Translations under genes and position numbers: made by a program
Part shown: positions 39,253 to 55,524 of the stretch, one piece after another
Layout of the letters: every line of letters starts with the position of its first letter
How positions within the stretch are numbered: the stretch's first letter is position 1
Source: the human T2T-CHM13v2.0 reference genome, Homo sapiens
Length of the DNA stretch: 64,000 nt
Strand: one strand, 5' to 3'
Assembly (NCBI RefSeq): GCF_009914755.1
Contig: NC_060926.1
Notes under the pieces: generated by a model
Database searches by the model: none
The model's input: the letters and a program-made list of their open reading frames with translations, nothing else
What the model was told of the DNA's origin: nothing

Positions 39253-39323
39253 CCCCTCCTTTCCTGGTCATCGTCTGACCTGAACCCAGATGCCCAGCTG
39301 GAGATAAGACTGCATAGAGCCAT
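39253..39323 (-). CDS. SPRED2: Candidate additional SPRED2 exon (71 nt) encoding MALCSLISSWASGFRSDDDQERR(G), in frame with exon 2
   Basis: ccttcctttccttggtgtgcag|ATG at 39323; 23 open codons + GG, then |GTGAGT at 39252-39247; GG+T=Gly continues into DSYIV. No transcript evidence available here. Confidence 0.5.
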
Positions 39324-39874
39324 CTGCACACCAAGGAAAGGAAGGCTGTGTGGGTGTTGGCTGGTCCTTCCATCAGAACACAAGTCCTGGGCAACTCCCT
39401 AGGTAACTGTCAAAGCGGCGGTCCTCAGCAGAGACCAAAGAGGAGCCCGGGGGCAGTCCCAGCACTTCTCAGACACAGCCTCCAGCAAAGGGGCAGGAAA
39501 TTCTAAGCTGTCCACGGAGCTGACTCATACTCTCTTTCCACATGCATCCTGAAGGTTCTATTCTAAGTTTACCAAAGGGAACATGCCTTCAGGCAGAAGC
39601 AGAGCACAGAAGTGGTTGTGGCTGGGGCTTCAATTAGCATTTCCTCTGTAACATGTCAAGATCCCACCAGAAGGGCTAAGGAAGGAAGGAGGAGAGAGCT
39701 CATCCAGTAAACATCAGCTGAGCCAAATTCCATTGACACCTCTTTTCAGAAGTGCATATGCATCGTTACCTGTGTACACAATGACAGTTTAATTACCCTG
39801 GGGTTAAAGTCAAACTACTAAAAGTGAGTAACACTTGTTTGGGCTTTAATTGGAATAAACCAAATGTATAAAGG

Positions 39875-40200
39875 TATTTTTCAGACAAATTGGAGAAAAT
39901 AGAACATGGATTTTGTATTAGATGAGATTAAAGAACTACTGTTAATTTTCTTAGGTGTGATCATGGTATTGCGGTTCTTGTTTTAAAGTCCTTATCTCTC
40001 AGAAATACATACTGAAGTATTTATAGATGAAATTATATGTCAGGGATTTGCTTTAAAATACTGCAGTCCACCCCCTCCATACAAGAAAAAGTGTGTGTGT
40101 GGGGCGGAGGAGACATGAATGACAGCTGGGTGATGAGTACATGGGGTGGGGGCATATACTACTCTATCTCTGTCAATGTTTCACGGTAAAAAGGAAAAAG
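39875..40200 (+). mobile_element. L1ME-like 3' fragment
   Basis: gtattagatgagattaaagaactactgttaattttcttaggtgtgatcatggtattgcgg...aaatacatactgaagtatttatagatgaaatt. Confidence 0.75.
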
Positions 40201-40374
40201 AGCTGTTATAATGGCTATATGCCACTGAGACCTCACTAGTGACCAGAACAGGCAGTGTGGCCCCATAGGGGTGACATTGTGTCCTGTGTGATCCTCAGAT
40301 GATAAGAGTTGGTGACCGCACAAAAGTCAACCCAGTAAGTAACTGCACTCGATTTTTCATTCCATCAACTAACA

Positions 40375-40535
40375 CATTGGTTCTCAAATGTGGCTGCACA
40401 CTGGAATCACCTGGGGGGGTTACTTTTGTTGTTTTAATTCATGCCTAATTTAATTGTTTGGGGTACAGCCTGAATTTCTGGATTTTAAAAAGTTCCCCAG
40501 TAATTCTAATGTACAGTGAAGTTTGAGAGTTAGTA
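40375..40535. mobile_element. MER5-family hAT MITE
   Basis: tggttctcaaatgtggctgcacactggaatcacctgggg...ttttaaaaagttccccag.taattctaatgtacag...gtttgaga. Confidence 0.8.
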
Positions 40536-41214
40536 CTCTGAGAACCTAACATACCAGTTCAGGAAGATATCAAGGGTAAGCGAATGAGAAAGGACAGGGG
40601 CAGCTGGATGCTCTCTGCTCAAGCCTTTCCTGGGACCCCCTTGGCCTGATTATCTGTCTCTCTAGGGCCTCCAAGTCTGGGGTCCAGGCTGAGCATCCCT
40701 ACATTACCGGTGCAATCAAAGATGACACGAGAGCTATAGTAAAAACTAGGGACTTGGCAAACAGGTTAAAATGAGAAGCTGGACCTACTTTAAAGCCAGA
40801 TGAGAAGTGACTTTTTACCAATATCAGGATTGCAGTGGATACACCAAGTGTTCCATTGAGTGTTCCCCCTCACCCACCTGAGCATTAAGTGCTAATGTGC
40901 ATCTTGCTGAGAGCAGCTTATGTTAGCTACAGAAAAACTCCTGTTTTAAGAGGCTGAGGGGTCTTAAGCAGTGAAATTTGTCATAGCTGCTGAGTACTGG
41001 GGCCCTAACAGCTGGTCTTATTCAAGCAAAGAGGAAGGAGAATTCTCTTAGGAGGGCAAGCCTCTCCTCACAAAGAGACTGGGGCCATTTTCCTGTGGCA
41101 GGTGGCATACTCTGACGAGCAACGATGAGCCTCTGCCTACTTTCTTGTGGCAAAAAGACAGATTCTGGTGTCATTCTCAGAGCCTGGGAGAGGTGGAACA
41201 CTTGCTCTGTTGAG

Positions 41215-41405
41215 TCCCCTCATCTGTGTAACTCCTATGACCTTCCCTCCTATGACAACCCTGAAGTGTAATCATGTTTCCATTTTATAGATGAGCGTAA
41301 TGAGGCTCATGAAACCTTAGTTACTATGCTTGAGTCGACACTGCAATAGAGAGCAGGGCTGGAATCTGACCCAGCCAAACTCCAAGGCACTACACTTTCT
41401 CCACA
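41215..41405 (-). mobile_element. MIR
   Basis: caaccctgaagtgt...ccattttatagatgag...tgaggctca...gcagggctggaatctgaccca. Confidence 0.65.
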
Positions 41406-42559
41406 GCAATGTCCTCTAAGAGATACTTTAGGATAGAATGAACATGGCACCTCTCATTTCCACCTGTAGGAAATAATACAAAGGTTGCTTGGTCACCCAT
41501 CCTCCTAGATGAACCTGTTAGTCATCATGAGCCTTGAACTTTGCTTTATCGTGTTCCATGGGGACATGCATTCTTCCTCCACCCACCCCAGCTGGGTGTT
41601 GCTTTCCAGCTGCCCTGGCTGCTCTGTCCGTGGCACTATACAAGGAGGTTGAGTGCTTCTTACACACCCAACTCTAAAGTCCTTGCTGAGGATACCAACC
41701 TGAGGGTCCTTCCCTTGACCTGCACTCACATATTCAGGTTTGAATTCTGTATATCATAAGGTATAGAGAAACCTGGTGTGCAAGTCAACCTAAGTCAAAG
41801 GTCACGTTTTGGACTCTACTCCTTGGATGCAGAGAACCTTCTCTGTTACTGGTCCCATTCGTAGCTATGCAAGCCCCAAAGACAAGGTCGACTCAGGTGC
41901 CAGTATCACTTAATACCGTAGGTGTAAATAAGACTAATTTTTTCTCTCTAGACTCAACCTTATAGATCTTAGTCAAGGCTGCGTACTCATCCCCAAACCC
42001 CTGTCATTAAAGCTTTTGCCCCAGGAGACTCTACTGGCGTTCCAGAGATGCTGTCAGAAGTCAAAAGCTGTCTGGAACCTTTCTTCTGGAACTGCCTTCG
42101 AGGCTAGTCAATCATGAATGAGTCAGCCATTAAAAAAAATTCCATCCTTACTGTTAGTTAAACACCATTTTTAAAATTTCAGTGGCTCAAAGCTTGTTCT
42201 GGACTTATTTACCAAACTTAGCTCTAATAAACTTAAAAATCTACCTTTACAAGATAAATACTTACTAGTGCCAAGTATGGCCCCCACTTTCTCTCTTTTT
42301 TTCTTCTGAAAAGAGTTCCACAAAGGCTTCTGAAAATGTTTCCAGTAAATGGCTGTGAGATCAAGTTGAGAGAGGAGTCTCCTGAGGTGAGGTCATGGCT
42401 TTGAAAGATATAACATTCAAATACAGACGTATGTGTTCAGATGCAAAGGTACATGCTCTGAAGTGTTTGCCTTAAAACAACAAAAAATTCAAGCCACATG
42501 ATTATATCTTCTATTACATGTTATATAGATTATGCTCCATCAAAGAGCATTAAATGGCA

Positions 42560-42775
42560 TTAATGATATTAATGACATTGACATGCCAAGTACACTTTGC
42601 CTTTATGTGTCCTCTTTAATTCTCATTGCAGTTCTCTGAGGAAGGCGCTCTTAGGATCCCCATTTTAGAACTGGGGAAACTGCTGCCCAGAGAAGGAGTA
42701 GCCCAACCTATGAAGCCATTGAGAGGTCAAACCAAATAGGCAGCCTGACTCCAGACACATGGCTCTTTCTTACCC
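42560..42775 (-). mobile_element. MIR
   Basis: tttaattctcattgcagttctctgaggaagg...atccccattttagaactggggaaactg...cagcctgactccaga. Confidence 0.65.
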
Positions 42776-43039
42776 CTTTGCTCATTTCCAAACCTCACCA
42801 AGTTAGCCCAGCAAAGCTCAGAGGCGCTCAGTGCTCCTCAACTCGTAGCTCAGCTGGTTTGGCAACCCAGGATTTAACCCTCCCTTGGTGTTGTGTCCCA
42901 GCCTGCACCAGCAGATGTCTTGATAATAGACAAATGCTCATGCAGAATGGAACGGTAACATACATGGGCTGGTCTAGGCAGTGCAGAATGACACCTTAAC
43001 AGTTAAACACTCGGCAGCTCTAAAGCAGCATGGCCCAAG

Positions 43040-43240
43040 TTGTGTTCCCTGCCCACCAATTTCTAGCTTGGTCAACTTATTTCATCTCTCTAACCTGCAG
43101 TTTCTCTATCTGCAAAACAGGGAAACAAGAGTATCTCCTCTGGGGCATCTTGGGGTTTGTTATGCTAGTTAGCTGCACATAGCAAAAGGCACTTTGCATA
43201 GTACCTTCATACAGCAAGCCCTTAATACATGTTGACACCT
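43040..43240 (+). mobile_element. MIR
   Basis: ttggtcaacttatttcatctctctaacctgcagtttctctatctgcaaaacaggga. Confidence 0.6.
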
Positions 43241-44187
43241 ATGGCAATTATTCCAGCAAAGGTTCAGTACATGACAGACAGCAGGGTGGGCAAAATGTGG
43301 CAAAAGCAGGGAGGTGCCTCGGTGCAGGGCCGCTCCACTGGCTGATGACAGAAGCCCTCAGCCCCGGTCCCTGAGCAGAGAGATCTCACCGTGTAATATC
43401 CTCTAGCAAATGGGAATTGTGCAATTCAACAGGTTCTGCCTGGACCTCTGAAGTCAACATGAGACTCCTCCTTGCAACAGGGAATTACTTGGGGGCTTTC
43501 AGACACCAGTGGAATTCCCCCCACCACACACACCTTTTTCCTAAAATGCCAGCTTGACATTAGGAGGTTGGTTGTGGGTCTGCACTTCTGTACTTCTCAA
43601 AGCAGGAGTTTCCTTGGTTTCACATCCACCTTGTGTTTTCCCAATATATGTCTGCGCTTGAGTAACCACTCCAAAGGGAGAAGGGAGGGGGAACTGGTCT
43701 AAAAGAGTGGCTTCCCAGTCTTTGCTGGGTGGTTTCTGAGATGGTCCTGCAGAGGAAGGGTTAAAAGGCAGCTACTGGAGCAGCCTGACCTGTGGGCAAA
43801 AGAACAATTTAAACAAGAAAATAAAATAAAACAATAGCCCCTCTGGACACCATCACCTCCACAGGTCCCATGTGGGACAGAAGGGAAGAGTTCTGCATTT
43901 AAAAAAAGATTTCCAGGAAGAAGGCTGGTCCAGGAAGAAGGCTACGAAGAAGAAGAAGAAAAAAAAGCCAGGGGGGGTGCTTTGGAAAGGATTTTTAGAA
44001 ATTCTTGCTGCTGCTTATTAAATTATTAACTTTTTGCCTGGAAGCAGGCTGTCCCACCCACTACCCTAGGCAGTCTAGGGTTAGGGCTGGGTAACCCCCC
44101 CTCAGCCAGACCACTAAGGAGAGGAGCCTCTGGGAATGTACTGGTTTCAAAGCCACAACTGGCAGCTGAACTCACAGCACAGACCAG

Positions 44188-44503
44188 CGGTACTGTCCCA
44201 TAGAAATGGAAACTGAGCCACATACACAGTTTAAAATTTTCTAGTAGTCACATTTAAAGAGTAATTAAAAAGCAGGTGTCATTAATTATAACATAGTTGA
44301 CACAAACCAAGATATCTAAAATATTTGTTTCCACAGTAACCAAAATAAAATAATCATTAATGAGATACTTCACATTCTTTTTTTTCTTTTTGTAATAAGG
44401 CTTCAAAATCCAATGTGTATTTTGCACTTTTAGTCAGTTCGTACAAGCCTCATTTCCAGGTTCAACAGCCCAGGTGGCAAGGACTACATACTTGACAGTG
44501 TGG
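44188..44503. mobile_element. MER33-like hAT element
   Basis: ctgtcccatagaaat...gagccacata...tttaaaattttctagtagtcacattt...cttcaaaatccaatgtgtattttgcactt...catttccaggttcaacagcc...gtggc...ttgacagtgtg. Confidence 0.75.
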
Positions 44504-46052
44504 GTCTAGAAGCCACGGTGTGGCGCAGTAATTCTCAGTGGAGTCACCTGGATCTCTAAGGGGGAGGGGTGCTGCCTTGCGGTGGTGTGTTTGAAAAATG
44601 TGGCATCCCAGCCCCACCTCGGAAGGCCTCAGTAAAAGGCAGCTGGCCTTTCTCCAAGTTCCGCTGCGGCACAAGCCGCCACCCACGCAGCCCGGTCACC
44701 ACCGCCTCTCTGCAAGAGTCATACAAGAAGGCTTACGTTTTAAAAATACCACCGGCATGCTAGCTTGGCGTCTGTAAGCACAAAAAGTAGGAGAGCAAGG
44801 AAGGGCTCCAGAGGCAGGTGGACCGGGCCGATGAGTAAAGCGCCCACGCCTGCTTAACCATACTTGTCTATCAGGTCTGAACTCGGCCCAAGCTTCAACA
44901 GAGCTTTTCCCTCTTGCTCTGTGCTGTCATGAGCACCAAGTTCACTCTAGTTCCCTTGTCTGTGAGGCCGGGGCCCTGATTCTAGTTGGAAGATGCTGTA
45001 AGAACAAGTGATGGTCCAATGAGGGGTATTTTGAGCTCTTCAAAGGAGCAGAATTTCTTTAGCTAATATCCCCTGTGGTATTCAACAGGGAATTTAAAAT
45101 ATCCTCAGATAGGGCCCTCTTCAGCTATTACTTTATGTCCTTAGAACTCTGGCCAGAAAGAAGCTACCTTTCACATGGAGGAGGGAGGCTGAGTGCCCAT
45201 CAAAACCCACCAAAGGCCGCTCCCCACCGTTACGTGGGTTCCCTATGTTCTGAGATAAGGCTTTCTGGTTTGGCCCTACTTGCTGTGGTGCCTAATCGAA
45301 ATCTCCCTAAGGAGAAGTCTGACACACGAGTATGGAAAAGTTCTCTTATCATTTGGAGAATATAATTTAGGGCTGGGTAGATAAACATGTACAGGAAATA
45401 CTTCTATAGAGGTCTTGATCCTCTGAAGATTAATAACCCATGGAACTGGAGCCCAGCCTCAAACTCAGAGGAAATAGGCAAGTTATAAAAACAGGAAGAA
45501 CGGGAAGTTTATTTTTGGATGAATATTTGTTCTAGTGAAGCTCTCGATACTGACAAAAACCTTGATCTGCAGGTCATTTGCTGTAGCTGAGCAGCTGCAG
45601 TGCATGTTTCTACAAGCTGTCCCACCAGAGATTTCCGGGTCTTTCTGGAAAGAGCCTTGCCCCACTCCTGCAAAACATCTGCCTCGCTGCCACTGGCTGA
45701 GGGACTTCTTTCTCCTGCATTCTTGATGTGCAGGATCTGCTCAGCTAGAAGCCTCAGCCACCTGCAACGGCCGCTCTCGGCCTCCTTCCCAGTGCCCAGA
45801 GCCGGCCTATCTCCACCAGGTGTGGGAACTGCAGCTCTCGGTGTCTATCCCAGCGTGGTGTTATCAGCCTCCCTCGGTGGACTGCTGGCCTCCCTGGTCT
45901 CACAGCCTCCAGTGCCCCTTTCTCCCAACCCTGTCAGCATACTTTCCATGGCTCCCTACTGCTTATGGAATAAAGTCAGATGTTCCCAAGCTTGACGGGC
46001 AAAGCTCTTCACAATCCAGCCAAATCTACTTTTACAGTCCCATCTCCATAGG

Positions 46053-46246
46053 CAGGACCAGCTGCATGATTTGCAGGGCCTGGTACAAAATGAAAATAAT
46101 TTGTTATTTATTAACTAAATAATAATTAGTTCAAAACTTAGTAAGAATTTCAAGGCAGCAACAGCAGAGCATTAAACCAAGTGTGGGGCCCTTCTGAGAG
46201 CAAGCCGGTGTGGTAGCATAGGGTGCAGGCCCGTGAGGCCAGCCCC
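46053..46246 (-). mobile_element. MER45A-like hAT-Tip100 MITE, within L2 fragments (~45850-46580)
   Basis: atttgcagggcctggtacaaaatgaaaat...aagaatttcaaggcagcaacagcagagcattaaaccaagtgtggggcccttctgag...gtgaggccagccc. Confidence 0.75.
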
Positions 46247-46573
46247 TTCCCCACACCTCCCTTAGACCGACCCCAGAAGGCAGATGCTACCCCCACGGAG
46301 AAAAGCCCTCCTTACCTCTTCCTCACTCCAGTGAAACTCATCCTTTCCCTCAAGGAAGACTTCAAGACAAGAAGATCGGTTTCCACCCTGTCAGGTCCCC
46401 ATTCAGAGGCACTCTCTGGCCTTGATTTACAGTATGCTTATTCATTTGCCTGTCTCTCATGCACACCTCGATTCACCAAGAGTTCCAGGCTCCTTGTTCA
46501 TTGCCTGTTCATTTCTGTGCCCTCCTCTCCACCTGTTCAGAACAAAACTTGACACACAGTAGATCTGCTATAA

Positions 46574-46916
<343 letters not shown>

Positions 46917-47586
46917 TGCTTTCCACTTCTAATGAATACTTACAAAGCCTCTTATGACCTTGCTGACTGATTAAAGGAAAAATTAAAAATTTCCTAAGAT
47001 TTCCCCTTTACATAAGAGGAGATGCCCACGCCCTCTGGGGAGTTGGAGGGCGTCTGAACAGGAACTTCCATTAACCGCCATTGTGAACTGGGCTACCCAG
47101 ACACAAAGGCTGCCCATGTTGTCTTTGGCAGTTGCTTCACAGGTAACCATGCCAGTGCTGCAGTGGAGGGGAGGCGTGGCAGAGGGATGGGAGTTAGGAG
47201 AGTCAGCATGACCCTCTTTCACCTTCCTGGTCTGATACAGCGGTGGGGAGAAACCAGAGAGGAAGAAGGTCATCTGATGTTTGATTCCCTACCCACTGCC
47301 ACCAAGAAGTGGAAGGAGAAGGGCAAGAACCTAGGATTTTCATACCTAGAAACTTTAAATGAGCTCTCATTTCTTTGGAAATGATGACCTTTTCAGGGAA
47401 AATGCTTATGGGCTCTTGAGTTCCTTTAGAGCAAAGCGGCAGAAGAGACAGATGATGATCCCCACTCCCCTAATAAATGCAGACCTGCGTTAGTGTTTTT
47501 CAAGAGGAAGAAAAACACTGGACATCCCAAATAGCTTCCTAAATGTTCAGGTAAAGTTGATTTTTCCAGCAATTGTTAACTGATCA

Positions 47587-47972
<386 letters not shown>

Positions 47973-48459
47973 TCACTAGATTTAATCAAGGGACCTTCTT
48001 ACCCCAGCAGGGCATTCAGCAACCACAATAGTAGTAGCAGCAGCTAACAATTATGGAGACAAGTATTCACTAGGTAAGGGCCAGGTCACGTCCTCTCTAT
48101 CGTACCTCTCATGGCATTGGTACCATCTGTACTCTTTTTGTTTACATGCTTCTATGCATATTGTGTATCTCCCCCTTAAGAATGTAAGGTCACTTCTGAT
48201 TATGCAACACCCAGAACAGTGCTGCAAACTTAGTAAGCTCATAATGCAATCATGAATTTGACAAATATACATCATCTTCATCCTTACAGTATGGCTTCCA
48301 TTTTTATAGAGGAAGAGAGATCAAGTAAAGCTCGGACTATCTATATAAGGAAGGAAATTTCAGGTTTGGGCTCTTCAGCTGTCATTCTGTATATTCAGAG
48401 CACTCTGTGTTTCAGAAGTCTTGGGCATAAAAGCATCTTTTAAAAATAACGTCTACTTT

Positions 48460-48538
48460 TGTAACAAACCTGCACGTTGTGCACATGTACCCTAAAACTT
48501 AAAGTATAATTTAAAAAAACAACAAAACAAAAAATAAG
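48460..48538 (+). mobile_element. Extremely 5'-truncated L1PA (last ~50 nt plus tail)
   Basis: tgtaacaaacctgcacgttgtgcacatgtaccctaaaacttaaagtataat is the L1PA 3' terminus; degenerate TSD aa(c/t)gtct(a/g)cttt at 48448-48459 and 48539-48550. Confidence 0.9.
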
Positions 48539-49302
48539 AATGTCTGCTTTAGAGACCCAGCTTTCCCACCATACTTCACCTAGAACTCACACGGATGAAC
48601 AGTTTTCTACATATGGCTAAGAGCTTTTTTTTTTTTTTTAAGTTGAACCTGGTTCTAATGTTATAGAAAAACACTTCAACGTAAAGTATTCAGTGAATAC
48701 CCTAAATGTCTAAAACCCCAAAGGGGAAGCCAGTGGGGCTCTCACAGTATTGATGGAGTGAATTTAAGGCACTGTCTAAATGCCTTGTGCAGTGTGGGCT
48801 GTGTGGGAGGTGCACAGTGGGTGCTGGCTCCCTCTGTTGGGGTCACAGAACACAGGGGCAGGAATTCTACATTGCTGACCGGAACAATCTCCTCAGCCAC
48901 CTCTGCCTTGGTCTGTACTGCCGCTCTCGCACTTTCTCTTTAGGGAATACAGTCATTGCTCTCTAGTGATGCCCACCACACAAGGAATCATATTCACAGA
49001 GGTGTCTTGTTTCCATAGCTAAAACAGTCATTTGTAACACGGATCAGCTGGTTTTCACAGAAAACAATGGTAAGCACACCTAGGTCTCAGTTTACTTAGC
49101 AGAGAGCAACAGCTAAATATATCCAATTCTGATACCAATAAATGAAAAATCATAGCAAAATCGTCAAAACATATCTGTAAACACTTCTAAATTATTTTGG
49201 AAGTAACTAGGGCCTACATTGGAAAGGTTAGGTATTTGTGTGCATACTAACTCCAGAGTGAAGATACTATAGAGTTTGGTTAAAACAAATTTAAAAATTT
49301 AA

Positions 49303-49732
<430 letters not shown>

Positions 49733-52159
49733 GAGAACGAATTTCTAAAAACCACCACGATGCAGCCATGCAGCTCGCGTCTTCAGCTTCAGCACATCAC
49801 ACAGCCGCACAGAGCTGGGCCAGCGCCTCACCCACATGCTGTGTTCACTTATTTTAATAAAGCGTGTATGGGGAAAAGAAAGTTCAACCTGAGTGAATCC
49901 AGTGCTTATGAAACTCTGAATATGAGCCCTCAAGGTAGAGATCGCGTGTCTCCTATTAGGGGCCGGGCCAAAGACATTATCAGTGCCCAACAAATGACGG
50001 TGAGGTCATGCCAGCCCTAGGCGGCATGTGGGCAGGGCCGCCCTGCCTGCCCAGTGCCTGGCTCCCAGCTAAAGTACCTGCTCCTACTTGATCCTGGGCC
50101 TTGAAAAATTAGCCAAGGCCCATGGGCTTACGGCTCCATTTTCAGTGACTTCTTGAGCCCATAAGAGTATAGTGAGTACAGTGAGGGTGGCTGGGAGATG
50201 TCCTGGTCTCCTACTGCAGGGTTTACCATGTGCTCTTAGGGGCTGTTATCAATTAGGCAGGAAGTCCCTCAGTCCCCTCCAGTGATTCTTCCAGGGCAGA
50301 CAAAGGACCAAAAGCAGGAGGGGGGTGGTGAAAAGCAATTTTTCCCCAAAACAGGCACACCACACACACACACACCCCAACTAAAAACACTACTGTTGTG
50401 TTCACGGATGTTTCCTAGGTACCCAAAGCAAAACCCAAACCCTGAGCATGTGGTTTCATATTATAAAGGCCCTATTCTTTAATTAAAATGGTCTTTCTCC
50501 ATCTCACTGTAGCCCACCCCCTCCTTGGCTCAGGGGTAAATTGCTCTCCCAGGCAGCCACACAAGCCACCAATTCAGCCAATATCCACAGAGAAAGCTGG
50601 CGAGTCACTGGGATTTGAAAGGTTCAACAGGTGGGGGTCAGGACAGAGATTCTGTACTGGGAGGGGCAGGCATCAGGGCTGCAGGACTCCTGCCTGTCCC
50701 TATGCTCTGGCCTCTGAGACCCCAGCCCTCTTTCCTCTGGAGGATGAAAGGCCCTTCCCTTCACAGCTCTGTGCCAGTGTGAGGAATCCATCTGGCCAGG
50801 CCCGAGAGTTCAATTCTCCCTTGTTCTCACCCCAAGAGATGCCTCATTTCCTCTTCCAGAGACAGCAATACAAAGACATGCTCAACCTTTTTTTTTTTTT
50901 TTTTTAAGGGAACACCTTGCCTTGGGAGAAGCACAATCTTTCCTTTGAACATGAAACATTCTAAAGACACCCTACTTTTACAGTGGAGAAACAGTTAATT
51001 TTTCTACATTACTTCTCCTCTTACCCCTGAAGGGTGTGTTGGGGGAGGAAGGAGGGTGACACCCACTTTTGAGAAACATATAGATTCTGCGAAACATAAC
51101 ACACACAGTCCAAATTTAAACTTTGTTTTAGCTTAAGCATCCCAGTCCCCACAAGGAAGTACCCCAAACTTTGTTGTGTTATTTGTTTATTAACAGATTT
51201 CTAAGATTTAAAAGCAAAAACATCACCCATAGCTAAAAAGAAATGTAGATGTGGTGCTTCTACCTCATGAGTGAGGAATGCTGGTGCCCTCTCATTGTTC
51301 AATTAATGTGACAAAACAATTATAGAATTTCTGGCATCGTTCTCAGAAATTCTGACAAGTTCAGACAATAACTAAAGGTATTTCTTTTTGATACAGAAAT
51401 GGAGTTGCTCTAACTTGAATGATGGTTAGGAAGATCTTTGCCATACACAGACTTTGAAGGAGTGAGAAATTTTGCAGGAGTAAAATGGCATTATTAATAA
51501 AAAATTGAAATACACTTTTAAAAAATGGAAAGTAAAGCAAGTTTGTTGAAGAAGTGTTTAAAACAGGTAAGCAAAAACAATAAACCCACTACTCAGAGAT
51601 AATACTGTTAACAAAACAATGTGCAAGTGTGAGGGTCTTTGTGGAGCAAAGCTGAGGATGGACACCCTGATACACATCACCCCTTTCCTATGTTTGGATT
51701 CTTCCTGCAATTCGCAGAGACCAGAACCCTCACGGAAGCTTGTGACACCTCCAGAAATGTTTGATGGTCTGGGCAGAGGAGCCAAAATCACCTTTCTGAG
51801 AGGAAGGTGACTGATGAGCCAGACCTGGCAAAATAAAAGAAAAGGAGAAGTGTTTCCAGAAATAACCAAGGCTGCACCTGCACCCAGTCCTTTGCCACAA
51901 GACCATGTAGCAAAACTGAAAGAACTCTATCACCAGAGAACAGTAACTCTGCCATGGAAATCCCCGCCCCGGCTCCCTCCCGACAGGTGGAAGATGTTTC
52001 CTCTGTGTAAGGTCAAAGGCAGTCCTGGCAATGACTGTGGGGCTGGAGTGAGCCTGGCCAGCCCAGAGGTTTGGCGTGGGGAGTAACAGCATCGTTACTG
52101 TTGAGAGAGGCAGCAAGAGGAGAGGCTGGAGTCGGGGATCTACAGAGATGCAGGAGGTG

Positions 52160-52370
52160 GTCAATGGCCCAGACTCTGGATCCGAACTGCCTGAGTTCAA
52201 ATCCAGATTCTGTCAAGGGCTGTGTGGCTATGGGTGAATTACTCCATGTCTCTATGCCTCTGTAAATGGGGATGCAACAACAGTATCTAGTTCATAGGGT
52301 TATGATGATTAAACTGTGAACCACCAAAAGCATTTAGAGCACTGTGGGCTACATGTAAATGCTATTTAAG
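52160..52370 (+). mobile_element. MIR
   Basis: cagactctggatccgaactgcctgagttcaaatccagattctg...gctgtgtggctatgggtgaattact...ctgtaaatggggat. Confidence 0.85.
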
Positions 52371-52447
52371 TCTTTGCACATTTACTCTTTCCCTGTATTT
52401 TCTAGAACAAGTCACGTTAATTTTATCATCAGAAAATCTACTCCCTG

Positions 52448-52824
<377 letters not shown>

Positions 52825-52836
52825 TCACCTTAATGT

Positions 52837-52838
<2 letters not shown>

Positions 52839-52874
<36 letters not shown>
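52839..52874 (+). repeat. (AC)n microsatellite
   Basis: Uninterrupted AC run of about 18 units. Confidence 0.95.
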
Positions 52875-52876
<2 letters not shown>

Positions 52877-52999
52877 ATCATTAATTGTCCAGAGTAGGAC
52901 TTCCAGTGCTAAAACCAGGGCAGTACCAGGCCAACGGGAACAGGTGGTCACCTTAATATAACATAAAAGAATAAACAAGAAAAACAAGAGTCATGCCAG

Positions 53000-54119
<1,120 letters not shown>

Positions 54120-54873
54120 CTCTTCCAAAACTTTTATGTGTGGACAACCCTTCTTCCTTTAGAGAGGAGTTGAATATCCACCTACATGTTCTTCTAGTTT
54201 ATTTTTTATTTTAAGGATTTTGTTTTTTTAGTATTCATCTTATAGTCTTAAAATGTGAGGTCAAGCTCTATATTAGAACAAAATCACAAAGCCCATGGTA
54301 CAATGGAGTTGTGTTGAAATGAGGAAATTGTTAGAAATTAAATCCACAGGATACAAACTAGGGATTTGCATGAGACCTACTCTCAGTAATGAATCAGCTC
54401 ATTAAAAAGCTGTACTTGACAATGAATAGGATTAATCAGAACATGCCAGGGACACTCAGTCCTCCCCCTCCTCCAAGCCCTTGTCTTCCTAAGGGTTGTC
54501 GGGGAAGACTGTTGAGAGTGGCAAGGATGAGGGACGGAAGCAGAGGGCAGCACATGGACCAGCACGGGACCATGGATCCGTCAGACCTCCATGAACTAGA
54601 GATTCTACCTGCTACTCAACAGCAAGAAAAGGAACTTCGAGGAGCCTGCAAAGAGTTTAAAATAGATCTCTCCTTTTCAAAAGGCAAAAGATCATGGAAC
54701 TAGCTATTTTTCTTACAAAAAGTTGTTGCTACAGAGATAAAAATAAGGCAGTATGTTATTTTAAATAATCCTAAATGTAGCTTCCAACCACTTTTAGACT
54801 CCTGCACAGAGATAGATGCAGTACTATTGTAAAAAACCCAATGTTGCGAATGTGGCATCTCTCCCCAGCCTGA

Positions 54874-55500
<627 letters not shown>

Positions 55501-55524
55501 TGATAATGGAACAGAAACCCACAA

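Noticed and set aside
50488-52265. Non-repeat ORFs of 100-156 aa (50488-50907, 51558-51869, 51730-52200)
   Set aside because: No recognisable domain or splice/Kozak support; lengths are compatible with chance in GC-richer intronic DNA.
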